Origin: Tubiluchus corallicola
Taxonomy: Eukaryota > Animalia > Priapulida
Direction: 5' to 3'
Assembly: GCA_030141605.1 (NCBI GenBank)
Contig: JAQGDQ010000075.1
Coordinates: 62,001-126,000 of the forward strand
Length of the DNA: 64,000 nucleotides
The position numbers were made by a program, and so were the translations under genes. Numbering within the stretch: position 1 is the stretch's first letter; each line of letters starts with the position of its first letter. Positions 1 to 12,500 of the stretch are shown here, piece after piece. The notes below the pieces were generated by a model. The model did not search any database, was not told where the DNA came from, and saw nothing but the letters and a program-made list of their open reading frames with translations.

Positions 1-695
1 GGACGGCATATGTACCTAGGTTTGGAGTACAGCATTTGTTCCACGTAAAAGACCTGTATGCAGGCAGCTGCAAGCAAAATGACTTTTATGTCTTCCAAGT
101 AGGAGACTGTCATTTTAACCCTTTCATTTTTCAGTAAAGAAACTTACCCCGCACTGTGAAGTTGAAATGCGCTCTTGTTCTCACCTGTGCTTTCTCGTGA
201 CACACTCACGCACCAGGGGGCGTGGCGAAAGTGAAAAACTGACCTGTAAAAATGCATACCGACACGCCTATATACCTATAAGCACGTAGCGTATATAGCT
301 GCAAATACACCAACTATCTTAAGGAGTGTAAATTTGAAAAAGATGATATAGCACATAGAGCGCACAGAAATACCTAAAAAAGTGATTGTATCTGTTATAG
401 TTTTGCTACTACCCGTTGGTATGACACTGGCACAAGTAAATCTCATTTTTTCACGTTTGCATCTCAATCGAAGTGACGCTGGCAAGCCACTGTTACAGTA
501 AGGTCAACTAGACAAGTCCTTCAGACCAACTGCAGCATTTACCTTACTTGAAGGTAGATTCCTTTAATATTTGAATTTTGCGAACTGTAGGCGTCACAAG
601 CAGTCTACGTGTAATGCCGAACTGGTATAATATATGTGTATAATTATTTATAAAGTCCCGGTGCTACCAAGATTACGTCAGTAGGATCAATGTCG

Positions 696-751
696 GCGTC
701 ATCATCGTCATCATCATCATCACTATTATCATCGTCATCGTCATCATCATC
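696..751. repeat. (TCA/TCG)n trinucleotide microsatellite
   Basis: Direct reading of tcatcatcgtcatcatca... Confidence 0.85.
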
Positions 752-1504
752 AATGTCTTTGATACCATTTTCTATGGTACTACATTCATCATTGCTGAAT
801 GTTCAACCACCGTCGTCGACCCTTGTTGTCGTTATCGCTATTGGTTCTCTTTCCCTTTCCTTCGAGCGGTCCGGTGAACAAAGCAGCCACTGGCTGTTAT
901 GAGACGTTAATATTTCATTACAATAGAGTATTCCGTCTCGTTGTACAATGCGATTTTACTTTTACATAAACATCTCAATAGGAAAGCTCACTGCCAAAAA
1001 TCTCTTCCCATAACTGTCACTAACTTGCCAGCCACATGAATCAACTTGAACTGTTTTATTTATCTGCGCGTTGTACCGTCTTTCTGCACAACTTACTTTT
1101 TACAAAACCGAATTAAATTAAGGGCTGAAAAATCTTCAGCTTCACCGATTGCGCATCAGATTGAGCTTGGAACGTTATAGTAATACTTTACATGCACACC
1201 TGCTTTACGGTTGTTTTCAATCTACATCTGTGTTCACAAGGTGCTGGAATTAACATTGTATTGTTACCAGAGGCTGCTAATATTAAGAAAAAAATTATTA
1301 AAATAGCGCTATATTAATTTGTTTCGTTTGGGGTCTGATTGATGCTGATGACTGGTCCATATCAAGTGAGATTTGAAAATTTTTCCAGATCAATTCTTCG
1401 ATTCATGCATGCAGTATCTAGGTAACTAGGTCTGTTGTTATATAAACCCAATTTCTGTCGTGAATATCTAACTTGTTGAACATAACTTAATAGGGTTCTG
1501 GCCA

Positions 1505-1696
1505 GATGGGATGGCTAGCTTGATGGTTAGCTGATAGCCTGACTGACTGACTCATTGCCCGACTAATTGACTGACTTACTAGCTGACTGACTGACAGACT
1601 GAGCGACTGATTGACTATTGATTGATTGGTTGGCTAGCTACTAAGTGATTGATTGACTGAGTGGCTGTATGACTAACTGGCTTACTGACTGACTCA
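1505..1696. repeat. Degenerate (GACT/GATT/GGCT)n tetranucleotide repeat
   Basis: Runs of gactgactgact and gattgattgg. Confidence 0.85.
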
Positions 1697-2502
1697 ATTA
1701 CAATTTCTGATTTCATCTGTCTATTCGATTTTTCGTTTATTCATTTGTGTCATTGTTAACTTTCGAGCAAAATACTCTAATTTTCTGTTGTTACAGTGCC
1801 TCTGTGAGAAGACGACACGTGCGCTTCTTCGTAACAAAGACACCCCAGGAACCTGCGTATAAGCCCCACAGGATGACACGAACATTGTCCTTAGGAAAGT
1901 TTTATACATGCTTCATATACCTGCTGGTCATAAAGTGATAATACGATCAGTGCCGCGCAATTTGATTTAACTCTAAAAACGTCGGAAACGGTGCCCTGTA
2001 AGGGTGTGATTGACGCTTTTACATCCTTTTCTCTTCTTGTCCTGTTAACTAAAATCATTTCTCTTTTAGTACAGTTCACCGGAAGTCTAGAGTACATAAT
2101 TATGCAAAAAGTAATTAAAGAGCGCATCTGAAAATATGTTGTAAATAATATTTTTCGTGTGTTTCATCTGTCATGATTATTGACATTTACACAAGGTTTG
2201 TTTTACAAACTGTATAAATCTGTTGTTCACCTTATAATTTTACAGCACGGACTTACAGTACTTCTTTTCCTTGCCATACAGTTGTTTAATATCAATAATA
2301 ACTTAATAACTACTTTGTACCACTTTTAGAGCTATTCCTTTTCACGGAAGTTTTCATTTCTTCATTTTTATAAATCCATTCAGCGGAATATATAACGAGC
2401 TATATACTGTGTGTTTCAACGAAAATAGTTTCACTTCCTTATTCGATTGAAGGTGAAATCAATTGGTTGATTTTAATGAAATCTAACGAGATAAAAGTTT
2501 CT

Positions 2503-2578
2503 CTTCTACAAAGGCATCTTGTTCCTCAAGCTTTTGCGTACTTCTATGAAGACATCTTGTTCCTCAAGCTTTTGCGTA
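2503..2578. repeat. Tandem duplication, 38 bp period
   Basis: catcttgttcctcaagcttttgcgta at 2515-2540 and 2553-2578. Confidence 0.9.
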
Positions 2579-4990
2579 ATTGGTATAGGATATTAGCCAT
2601 GTTATACTATAACTATAAAAAATATACTAATGAAATGGAGAAAACAGAGATAGTTACCTTTTAATCGTCTACTGGTATCATTTTTGATTTGGTACGATGT
2701 TCATTATATTTATTTTTTTCTTCATTCCATTTCAAACCCATCCAATTACATTCGGGGAGAATTATTTACTAGTTGAAATATTGTTTTATTAGTTGAAATA
2801 TAACTCAGTTTGTTTGTACACGTGCTTTGTATGTTCGAGCAAAAATTGTAAAAAGAAAATGGATCCGATTGAAATACACAGGAGTATTATTCATTTCTTG
2901 TTATTTGAGGTTAAATTAACTTCTCTTAAAACATTGTACCAAGACAAGTAGCAAAAAAAATGTGCAATGTGGGGTTTTGGAAACATACAATGGATTGTTA
3001 AGAATTTCTTTTTTTGAATAGTTTTTCACGTAATATATGAATCGAGTATCCAGGTTTCTCTCACTTGGGCCTGATCAGTTTTTCCCCATTGCAGCCTATA
3101 GTTCGCACGTACATCTGCGTGCGCTCTACTTTTTCTATAGAACATACTGTTACCGCCATATTCAGATTCTTCAATGAAAGTCGGCTTTCATAAAAGCTTG
3201 TGACAGTTTCTCCATTCTTGTCTCTGGCAATGGCTTTCATTGTGCGGACACCCAACGCGACTTTCCGTTCAAACTCAAAGGAAAATCTGACAGGCTTTGT
3301 GTTCAGTAAATGCTTGGGAATGCAGATTGGCATTGTCCCCTACCTGCTAGTCAACGCCGAGCTGCGCATAGTCAGTTTTGCATCATATAATTTTGATAAA
3401 ATTGTGCAAAAAGTGGATGGAAGCAAGAAGCGAGGCAGCACCTGGTATGGAGGATTTGGGGCTCAGCATGAAGCCTCTATTGTTAGGAATCGTACCACTA
3501 TAAAGTGACTCTGCGCGTCTTTGGTTAGTTGTGGTGTCCGCGTAGGCAAGTTCTATTGAATAAGATAAAAAAATTTGCTAAAGAGTTTTTGCTTATCGGA
3601 TATATAATTTTTTACTTCAGTTTGTGAAGTTGGAATAAGACAACATCGCAACTTACTGTTTACATACCTGACCATGATCATACAACGAAAATGATTTCAA
3701 AACTAATTAGCTTTTAATCACGTCGAAGTGTCGGGTTATATCCTTACTAAACGAAAAAGAAAACTAAAATGAAAAGAAGATAGCAACAGGTACAAAGAGG
3801 AAAACAGACAATGTTGAAATTTGGAAACAAAGTTGAAAAAATACGCATGTAATTTCCTGAATTTATACTTGGAGTGATTCTGTGCTAAAAAGAAAAATAT
3901 GCACTGTGTGACACGTGCAATATAGTTTCACTTAAAGTTTGAAAAAGTGCGTATGTGAATAATGAATTCTTAGGTAATCTATGTTCTTCCTTAAGCTAGC
4001 ACTAATTGACAATTTGTAATAGTTTTTGCATTATCACGGTCAATGTTTTTAAAAGCAAATGAACAATTTTACTATTACTATTACTAAGCGGCCAAAGGAT
4101 TGCTGAACTTCTAAAACGTACAAACAGAGTACAAAATAGTTGCTAAAACTTTTCAGTTTGTCCACTTATATCAGTCTCAGAATATGTCGCTGTAGGCCTA
4201 CTTTATGATTAGCACCAATTTTCAGTTCTGGCTTTTACTGATTCTTTGCACCATGTTTGCTGTTTAAGTAAGCCCTCTGTCATGGTTCGCCCGAGTTTAC
4301 CACGCTCCATGTCACACAGAGAGCTTTTGATATTTTTTCATCTCAGAAGATTTGGTTGGCCAAGTTAATAGAAGCAAAGCGAGGATTAATAGCACAACTG
4401 AATGACCATGTCTCTTATTATTATTATCCGCTCAGCTTCCGCGCTGCACAAAGATACGCGATTTTCGCCCTCCATTCTTTCGCCTCAGCCGAGAGTGGAT
4501 GACAATAAGCGGGGAAAATTGGAGATTGAATGGCGAATAAATGCCCGCCAGTGACGAGAATATTAAATTTACCATATGTCCTTGTCGTCCGTAGTTATGA
4601 AAGGCTTTTCTTTCGCAAGCCCTGATTAGCATTTTCTCTGTAGTTATGTGTCATGTGCGTGAAACTTCGGGATTAGTCGCACAGGGGGCGCATCGAGCGC
4701 AAGGTGCATGAGTTTAAAAAGTATCATAATAAATTATAGTCTTTGGACTTTTGCACAACATTGCATAGTTTATTAAATTAACTTCTTTGGAGAATCGTGC
4801 TTCCAGCTTAATATCTGGATATTCTTTTAAAGCATGAACTACATTAAGGTTTTCGGGAGCTGTATTAAGGCAACAACAAAAAATACCAATATTAGAAACA
4901 CACAGTAATCACCAAAACCAAACTAGTCTTTTTAAGGTGTTTTATGCTGATGAATATCATATACAGATGCATATTTTTAACGTTTGTAAT

Positions 4991-5015
4991 ACACACCCGC
5001 ACACACACACACGCA

Positions 5016-5063
<48 letters not shown>
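4991..5063. repeat. (CA)n/(GCAC)n compound microsatellite
   Basis: Direct reading. Confidence 0.95.
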
Positions 5064-5067
<4 letters not shown>

Positions 5068-5684
5068 TGACTTAATATGACTGTTTGAATATACCAAATG
5101 GTGCTTGCCGTTATATTTTTCTTTGTGGAAATAATGCTTCATTATGTTTATAGCACTTTACACTTATTCAGTTCAGAAAGCCAATCTATAAGAGCTGAAT
5201 ATACACCTTATCGTCTACACATCATTAATAGCCTATAAGATTTCAGCCTTTATGAAAGAAGGGCTTTCAGCTGATTTCCAAAGTCGTTTTTCCGACTCAA
5301 GACACAAACTCGTATACTGATAATGAGTGGCCTGCGCTCCTATACACGCTCACATCCTGCCCGTTGCTTCCAGCTGCTGTGTCTATTCACATTGCGGTTG
5401 GCCTAATAGAGATAATTAGAAGTCCTACTGGGCGTCTTACTTCGCGCAACTTTTTACCTTTTATGTCACGAAGTCTCGGGTTCATAGAAATCTCGCAGAA
5501 CCGATCATTTGCTGAACTGATAACAACGAGCTGAAGCAGATATGTATCCAGCCGATCTTTTTGAGGTTGGTAACCTCAGTGGTCTGTACGACCCCGGCCG
5601 GAAGTCCCTTTTTAGACACCCTCCGTAGAGATTATTTTGACCACTGACTACACCGCCAAAAAATAGCTAAAGTCTTTTGTAAGA

Positions 5685-6136
5685 TTCTTTCTTTCTCCCC
5701 CTTTTTCTCTTACACACACTCACTTTTTCTCTCTCTTCTCTGCCTTTCTTCCTTCTCTTTGTTTCTTATCGCTAATTCTCCCTTTCTCTTTATTTCTCTT
5801 TCGCCGCTCTGTCTGTCCTTTTTTCTCTGTTAGTTTTTCACATTCTATCTCTCTCTCTCTCTCTCTCGCTCTCTCTCTCTTTCTTTTTCTTTTTCTCTGC
5901 CTATCTCCCCCTCTCTTTGCTTCTTTCTTGCTCTCTCTGTCTTCTTTCTGTCTTCCCCTTTCCTTCTCTTTCTTCCCCTTTCTCTCTCTTTTTCCCGCCC
6001 TTCTTTCTTTTTTTTCTCATCTTTTCCCTTCTTTTTGGTTTTTCTGTTTCCCTCTCTATTTGTTTCTGTCTCGTTCTTTCTGCCCTTTTTCTCTCTTTCT
6101 CTTTCCTCTGTTTTCCCACTCTCTCGCTGTCTTTCC
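5685..6136. repeat. Long CT-rich polypyrimidine low-complexity tract
   Basis: About 450 nt that are largely C/T; this explains the spurious ORFs at 5901-6239. Confidence 0.9.
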
Positions 6137-6405
6137 TAGATGCTTCACAAGATGTGGGAGTCTTCATATCGGATGCCTCCTGATAAGCTTGGAGCAAAGT
6201 TCTGCTGCTATTGTAGCTGAGGGGATTTATTCATTGTGAGGCGGAGAGGAAGAAATGTTATGAGTGCATTTGCTCGTACAAAAGCCTCGGTGTTTATCAT
6301 GTATGCGTATTCAACTTGCAATCAACGCAGCTGTGCGATGTTGCCCTGGGCCACATAGAGGGGCTTGAATATTAGAGGACTACCTGGAAACCATATAACG
6401 GTTTC

Positions 6406-6481
6406 GAGAGGGGAGGGAGAGAGAGCGTGTGAGAGAGAGAGAGGGAGAGAGCAGAGAGAGAGAAAGAGAGAGAGGGGGAGG

Positions 6482-6532
<51 letters not shown>

Positions 6533-6545
6533 TAAAGAGAGAGAA
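6406..6545. repeat. (GA)n microsatellite
   Basis: Direct reading. Confidence 0.95.
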
Positions 6546-9410
6546 ATATCAGTGGCTCATGAAAACCGCAGGCTTGTTAAAACACGCATTGATTTAAGAT
6601 AGTTACCAGTAGTTGTTGAAAATGTAAAACTAACTTTCAAACAGGCTTTACACAAGCACGAAGTTAAAATCGAAAGTGAGACTACACTTAAAGCGCAGTG
6701 CTGTATTTTGTTATTATCATGTAGTTAATTTTCTTTTATTTTTCATGTTTTAATAGCTTCAGCTATTGTGCCAAATTACATTGTATGTTATCGTAAGAAT
6801 CAAAGTTTGACATAATGTATTTTAAGGACACTAATAACCTCTCTGGTCAACAGCTGTTTAGTAAAGAAGTAATTACATTTTTGTGAATTGAAGATAGTGA
6901 CGAGTGCCTGATGGAAATAATGTTTTTTTGGTGTTACAATAATATGGCTAAGTATTTATTTTGCGATGATAAATTTCATGTGTTTTTTTGTCCGACTAGC
7001 CTCAATTTTTTTCATCTGTCTGGTGACATAAATTTAAAGCTAGAGTACCTTTAATGGAAGAGCAACAATACTGCTAAACTTATGTAAAATATAGAGTGTA
7101 ATTACATAACTTTTGTCTGTAATCTTATCAATGAACTTATCATTAAACTTATATAGTTCTATACGATTAAACTATTTCCAACTTTCTATAACTTGGCAAT
7201 TTTGACGCCACCTCGGTATATACTTAGTGTCAAGTTTATAGTTTATATTATTTTTCGCCTAAATTATTTTTCTCAGTAAAACTATCAACATATAGTCAAT
7301 AAATTCAATCTAGTGTAGTATAAAACTACTTCTAATTTTCATACCTCGACCTATTTTATCGTATGAATATCATTGGTGACACTTTCTATGACAAACTGTT
7401 TGTAGTGTGTAAACACAGAAAAGCTCTTCAAGTCTAGCAAAATGAGGAAGTACCACGCAACCGAGGAAGCAGATTTCTAGTTTAGCTAAGATTATTTATT
7501 AGAAAAAAACTTCTGACATTTGAAACCCACCACTTTGACTTTGACATTCCGGTGCACGACAGGGCAATTTGCGCTCCGCTGAAACTGTCATCCACTCGCT
7601 ACAAACACGTTTTTGCATTTTAGCAAGGATGGTCATTTCGCATTTTATGTGCGATATAGATCGTGCGATGCTGAGTGCAGAACGATGTACCGGACAGGTA
7701 ATTGTTAGTTAAGTACAGGTAAAGTGCATTGCAGCAGCGATTGCTTCCGATTCGCAAATGGCTTTTATCAATTTATCATTCACGCTTCGCTCATATAGTT
7801 GGCTGTGATTGTCCGAACGCAACCATAATGTCTATACCTGCGTTATCATAATGGTTATGGATCTTTGGCTAGTGTGATTATCGGCAGTCGTAAATCGACG
7901 GTCGATATTTTTACCTGTGGTGAGCGCATTGATTCAGGTGTATGCGGCTAATGCAGGATATTTTAACACAGATTTCCGATTTCCATTTTAAATGCACGCA
8001 TTGCTCGAGCCAACCCTTCCCAAAATGCAACTGTGAAAAGGTCAGCTCGGCTTTAATCCATTTTTATTTAGCTTACTTATCTGCAAAATGCATACATAGA
8101 TTAAAATTATAATAATCTACAATCACATTATGTGGACTGCATTCGTTATTAACATTTGTAGGTCCAAAAACAAGGACAATGCAATGATACACAACGAAAC
8201 ATGATAAAAATAATTTTAGCCTGGCGTTATCTTGTCTTTTTCATATTTTTAGATTTTCAAATTTTCATCGTTTTATATTTGTTTATTATTTCGTGTACCT
8301 CATTTTTTTAATATATATTTTTACACTACAATTTTAGGTTTAACCACTGTAGTAAGATACTGTGTTCACGTGCAGCTATTCATTAGTAAAAAAGTTAACT
8401 TTCATTACTAATCTTTCCAAGACTTCTATAAGTGTTCCAGAACATCTTTTATGTGTATATATACATTTATTTTAATTTCGTGAACAAGGGTAAGTAGGAG
8501 CAAAGAAGGTCAGGGGACAAGGAGGGAGGGATTATTAATCTCAAAATAGACTAATCTTAGGCGTCTGCTGTTACGTAGTTAGGTTGTTGCTGTTGTTTGT
8601 TAGAACTTTCAGGTGTGGTGATCATTGGCGAGTGATTTTATTGTGATTTTTATCATGTTTTATGAACATTTTGCAAGTTACTCATGTGGGGTGTTTTGAA
8701 GTAATCACAAACTTTTATTTTAAATTCAACATTACAAAAGAAGTGAAAGACATGGCGATTTCTTCGCTTCCAATGAGTAGACTCAAAACGTGCTCAATTT
8801 CTGATTGGCTGACCTACTAAATGCATATAACGAAGCCAAGTTTACAGGCAATTCTAAATAAGTTCAACCTTAGATTAAAGGGCAAGCAGAGAGAAGTCTT
8901 CCGAACATGGGGTAATATCTCCATTATGTTTTTCGTTTTAAGTTGAATGTTATTTAGTAACGCATTTATTGTAGGCCTGTAAAATGATTTTCACTTATAC
9001 CTGATGAAGACAGACTACGCCGAAATATAATGTCCTAATATGTTTTTACACCCTGATAATCTAAATAGGTAAGTACAGTAAGAACATTCTTGTTGATATT
9101 AAAAGTAAGGTTAGTATCTTAAAAGAAGGTTTGCGTGAAAATATAAGCTACTAGACCGTGATGTTCTTGAGTCACGTGATGTCGAATGTATTATTAAGTA
9201 AGTATGTGATTCTTAGAGGCGCCTTCTCTAGACGTATTTTTATTGACTGTATATGTTTTTTTATGTAAATGCTTTCTGTAGCGTGTTTTTAATTTTAATG
9301 TGCGTCATGTAATTCTTGAATTCATCTATAAATATAAATATAATAAGCAGTATTCAAATAAAGTACACTATTCTGGGTGGTGGTAATATACCTTATCTTA
9401 GTATTGATAT

Positions 9411-9458
9411 GATATGTGAATTCATGATCTATTTATTAAACAGGATTAATAACATAGC

Positions 9459-9505
<47 letters not shown>

Positions 9506-9547
9506 GTATGGATGATATGTGAATTTATGATTTATTTATTAAACAGG
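9411..9547. repeat. (CT)n(AT)n microsatellite between two about 34 bp direct repeats
   Basis: gatatgtgaatt(c/t)atgat...atttattaaacagg occurs at about 9411-9443 and 9514-9546, flanking the CT/AT run. Confidence 0.8.
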
Positions 9548-12500
9548 GCCTATATTCTGTGTAAATTAAATAAATAAATCCAGTCTACAGCGCATATACT
9601 ACTAGGCAAAAGACAATTAATTTATATAGTGCCTAGGCCTAGGTGCATTTGTAATAGCCCTAGGTATTAACAGACAAATTGTAAGCGAACTGCATTTATT
9701 ATTGTAAAAGAGCAAGCTGCAGGCTGTCCTATGCGTGAGACTAGAGAACATGCAATAGGATATTATATTGTGTGTGATCATTAGAATCGGGATCAGCTTC
9801 ATTAATACCTAATTAGCTAGTCATTATTACCCGATGTCACGAGACAACCTTATATAGAAATTGGGCACTCTGATCTTGGTCACACCTGTAATTGTGAACG
9901 CGGCTGCCATAAACACAATTGACAACGTCTGTAAGGCATGTTCTTGCGTCTTAGTTTATTGTTGAACCACTAGGGGCGTTTTCAACGTTCTCCTAGAATT
10001 TTCAGTGACACCTGTGCTATGCACAGTAATAAATTTGCGAATGAATAAATGATGCAAGAACATAAAGTACTGATCTCCAGTGTGGTCCATTTATTACTAA
10101 TTTTATATAATTTCGCTAAAACTGCGAAAACCGTATTTGATAAAAAAATCACACGCATTTGACGTAACTTAACAGGAGTCGAACCTTGAACTTTTATTGC
10201 AATGCGAGCGGCTTAGTTTCAAATCGCCTAAAGATGCACCGTGGAGACATTCAAAACGTATGCATGGAAAACTTTTGATATATTACGCATCAACTATTAT
10301 ATTGTGAACAAAACACTAAGGAAGTCCAAGTTATTGAGCCTCTGCTTGAATGTCTTTGATGAAGCCCGCATCGCCACTTGGTCACGTAGATGTGGCATAA
10401 TGATGGGTTAGTGATGATGATTGGCTGATAACTGCAACGAAACGCAGTATGAAGCCAATTAAAACCTAAGAAAGAAAGGAAAATTCGCTTCATTGTCACC
10501 TTTGACTTACGCTTTCGTATATCAAGAGCGCCTTTTCTGCGAAATTAATCACTTCATATACCAAATTGGAATTAGTTTTATTGGTAGGTCAGCGTCGATA
10601 GAGCAATAATGATTGCTGTAACTGGACTGTCCATAATTTAGCCACTCTTGTTTCCATGATACACTACTAAACTTAAACAGCCGTATCATTTGAGGAGTGA
10701 ACTTATCTTGAAGCATAAAAATAAGCAGCTGATGGAGAGAAAGGCTACTCTTTCGATAAACAATTAAAGCAATGTTTGAGTGTCACGTTACTCAACTTAT
10801 GTATGTGTTAAATTACTCTCAAGTTAAACTTTTTGGTTTCTTTATTTGAGCACTATGTTGTGCTCAGTTTGAACATTAAGTTATTTGGTTTGACCAGAGC
10901 TTCTCAGTTTGGGTATAATTTGTCGTTTACCCAAACGTTAAACTGCTTAAACGTTAATTGCGCTTCACTTATACTAGGCTATTCAGTCTGAGTACAATAT
11001 TTCGATTTTTGCGTGTTGTGTCTAGTTTAAGTATTATATTTTGCTTTTTTGGAGAGTTAAGCTACTAATTTCAGTACCAACTAAAGTTATTATGCGTGCA
11101 GAATTTCCATATCAGGGGTTAACTCATTTATTCTGAATAATATTATACTCTGTGAAGAAACTTTATAATTCCCTAACATCAGGTATGTATAGTACTTTGA
11201 TGATAGCAAAGAGTGTAATCAGTCATTTAATTACTTCTGGCAACTTCCTCGTTACCAGGTTTCTGGCAACTTGTCCACACAAGCAAGTAACATTGGCGGT
11301 GATAGCAGTAATTGGACTCTGTTCACGAGTTGGAAACACGCTTAACAGTAAATTACACTTCGCCGGTTTTATGTCCCACGTCATTGTCCCAGTACAGTTT
11401 ACGATGTACTTTTGTCTCGAATTGCCCACATCAATTGTCTTTTAATTGCCTCCATCAGTAGATACTGTGTTTACCAGGTAAATTAAGTAATTTCGTTATA
11501 TGGCTTTCCTCGTTTGGTGAGAACCCTATCACTTCATTGCAAACTTATGTTACCTTATAGTGGTCATTAGACATTGGTAATAATCTGTTTTTGAGTTTCC
11601 AATATCGTTGAAATTATGTAGCGAGACTCTATTACAAAACATCAACTAATTTAAGTAAATTGTTACGAATTTTGTGACCAACTACGTTTGTTGCTTGTGC
11701 ATGTTTGTGTTTCCACTTGAAATATTTCAATAATTAGTTAAGACGGTTTTATTTATCCAAAAAGGACTTCGCTGGCTCGATGATTTTTATCTAATTTTTA
11801 AATTCACCATGTAGCAAAAGTAAAAATTAATAGATGCAATGCATTAAGGACATCTGAAATAGACTTTGTTTCGCGAATATTGAGTACTTCAATATTGGTG
11901 TCACATTAATCTGTGCCACGACGAATAACTCGTGACACGGTCTACACGAGCATTTACATTTCGTTATAACTGCTTTAGCGAATAGTGAACCATTTTAAAC
12001 AGTTTGACTACGATGAAAAATTTGGCAAATATTGTTAAGACACTTTAACACTGTTCTTAATTAATATGTTAGTCGGTTTTAATGACCTGTAGGGTGTCTC
12101 AAAACTCTGTTGATAGATTTGGCCTTTATTGGCGTTAAAATGTAAAATGAAAGGTGCCACAACAACAATCTAATACTATGCATATAACTTTTATAACAAG
12201 TCTATTAGTTGCTTGACTCTTCAGCATTAACCATGAAGAAAAGAAACAAAACTACCATAAACAGAAACGTGATCAAAGAAATAAAAGAAAATTAAGAAAA
12301 AACGATATGTGTAATTTGCTTTTTCTGAAAAAGAAACATATAAACGAAATTTAATACTCAATACTTAGAATGTTTTGTAAATTAAAAGTACAGAAATTGA
12401 AAAAATTCGGATAATCTCTTTGCAAGATTATTGTTTAACTGTGAGCCAACACTGCCTTCAATAAACTCTATACATTGCCGTAAGTTACATAACATTCTAC

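Noticed and set aside
5901-6239. ORFs rich in K/R/E or L/F/S, and a possible exon after the cctag acceptor (DASQDVGVF)
   Set aside because: Products of the CT-rich tract; frames after 6140 stop quickly and lack PR-domain motifs.
7668-7703. Possible first coding exon ATG CTG AGT GCA GAA CGA TGT ACC GGA CAG|gtaatt (phase 0)
   Set aside because: Phase-compatible with 30697 but has no family similarity, and CAGGTA words are common here; unsupported without transcripts.
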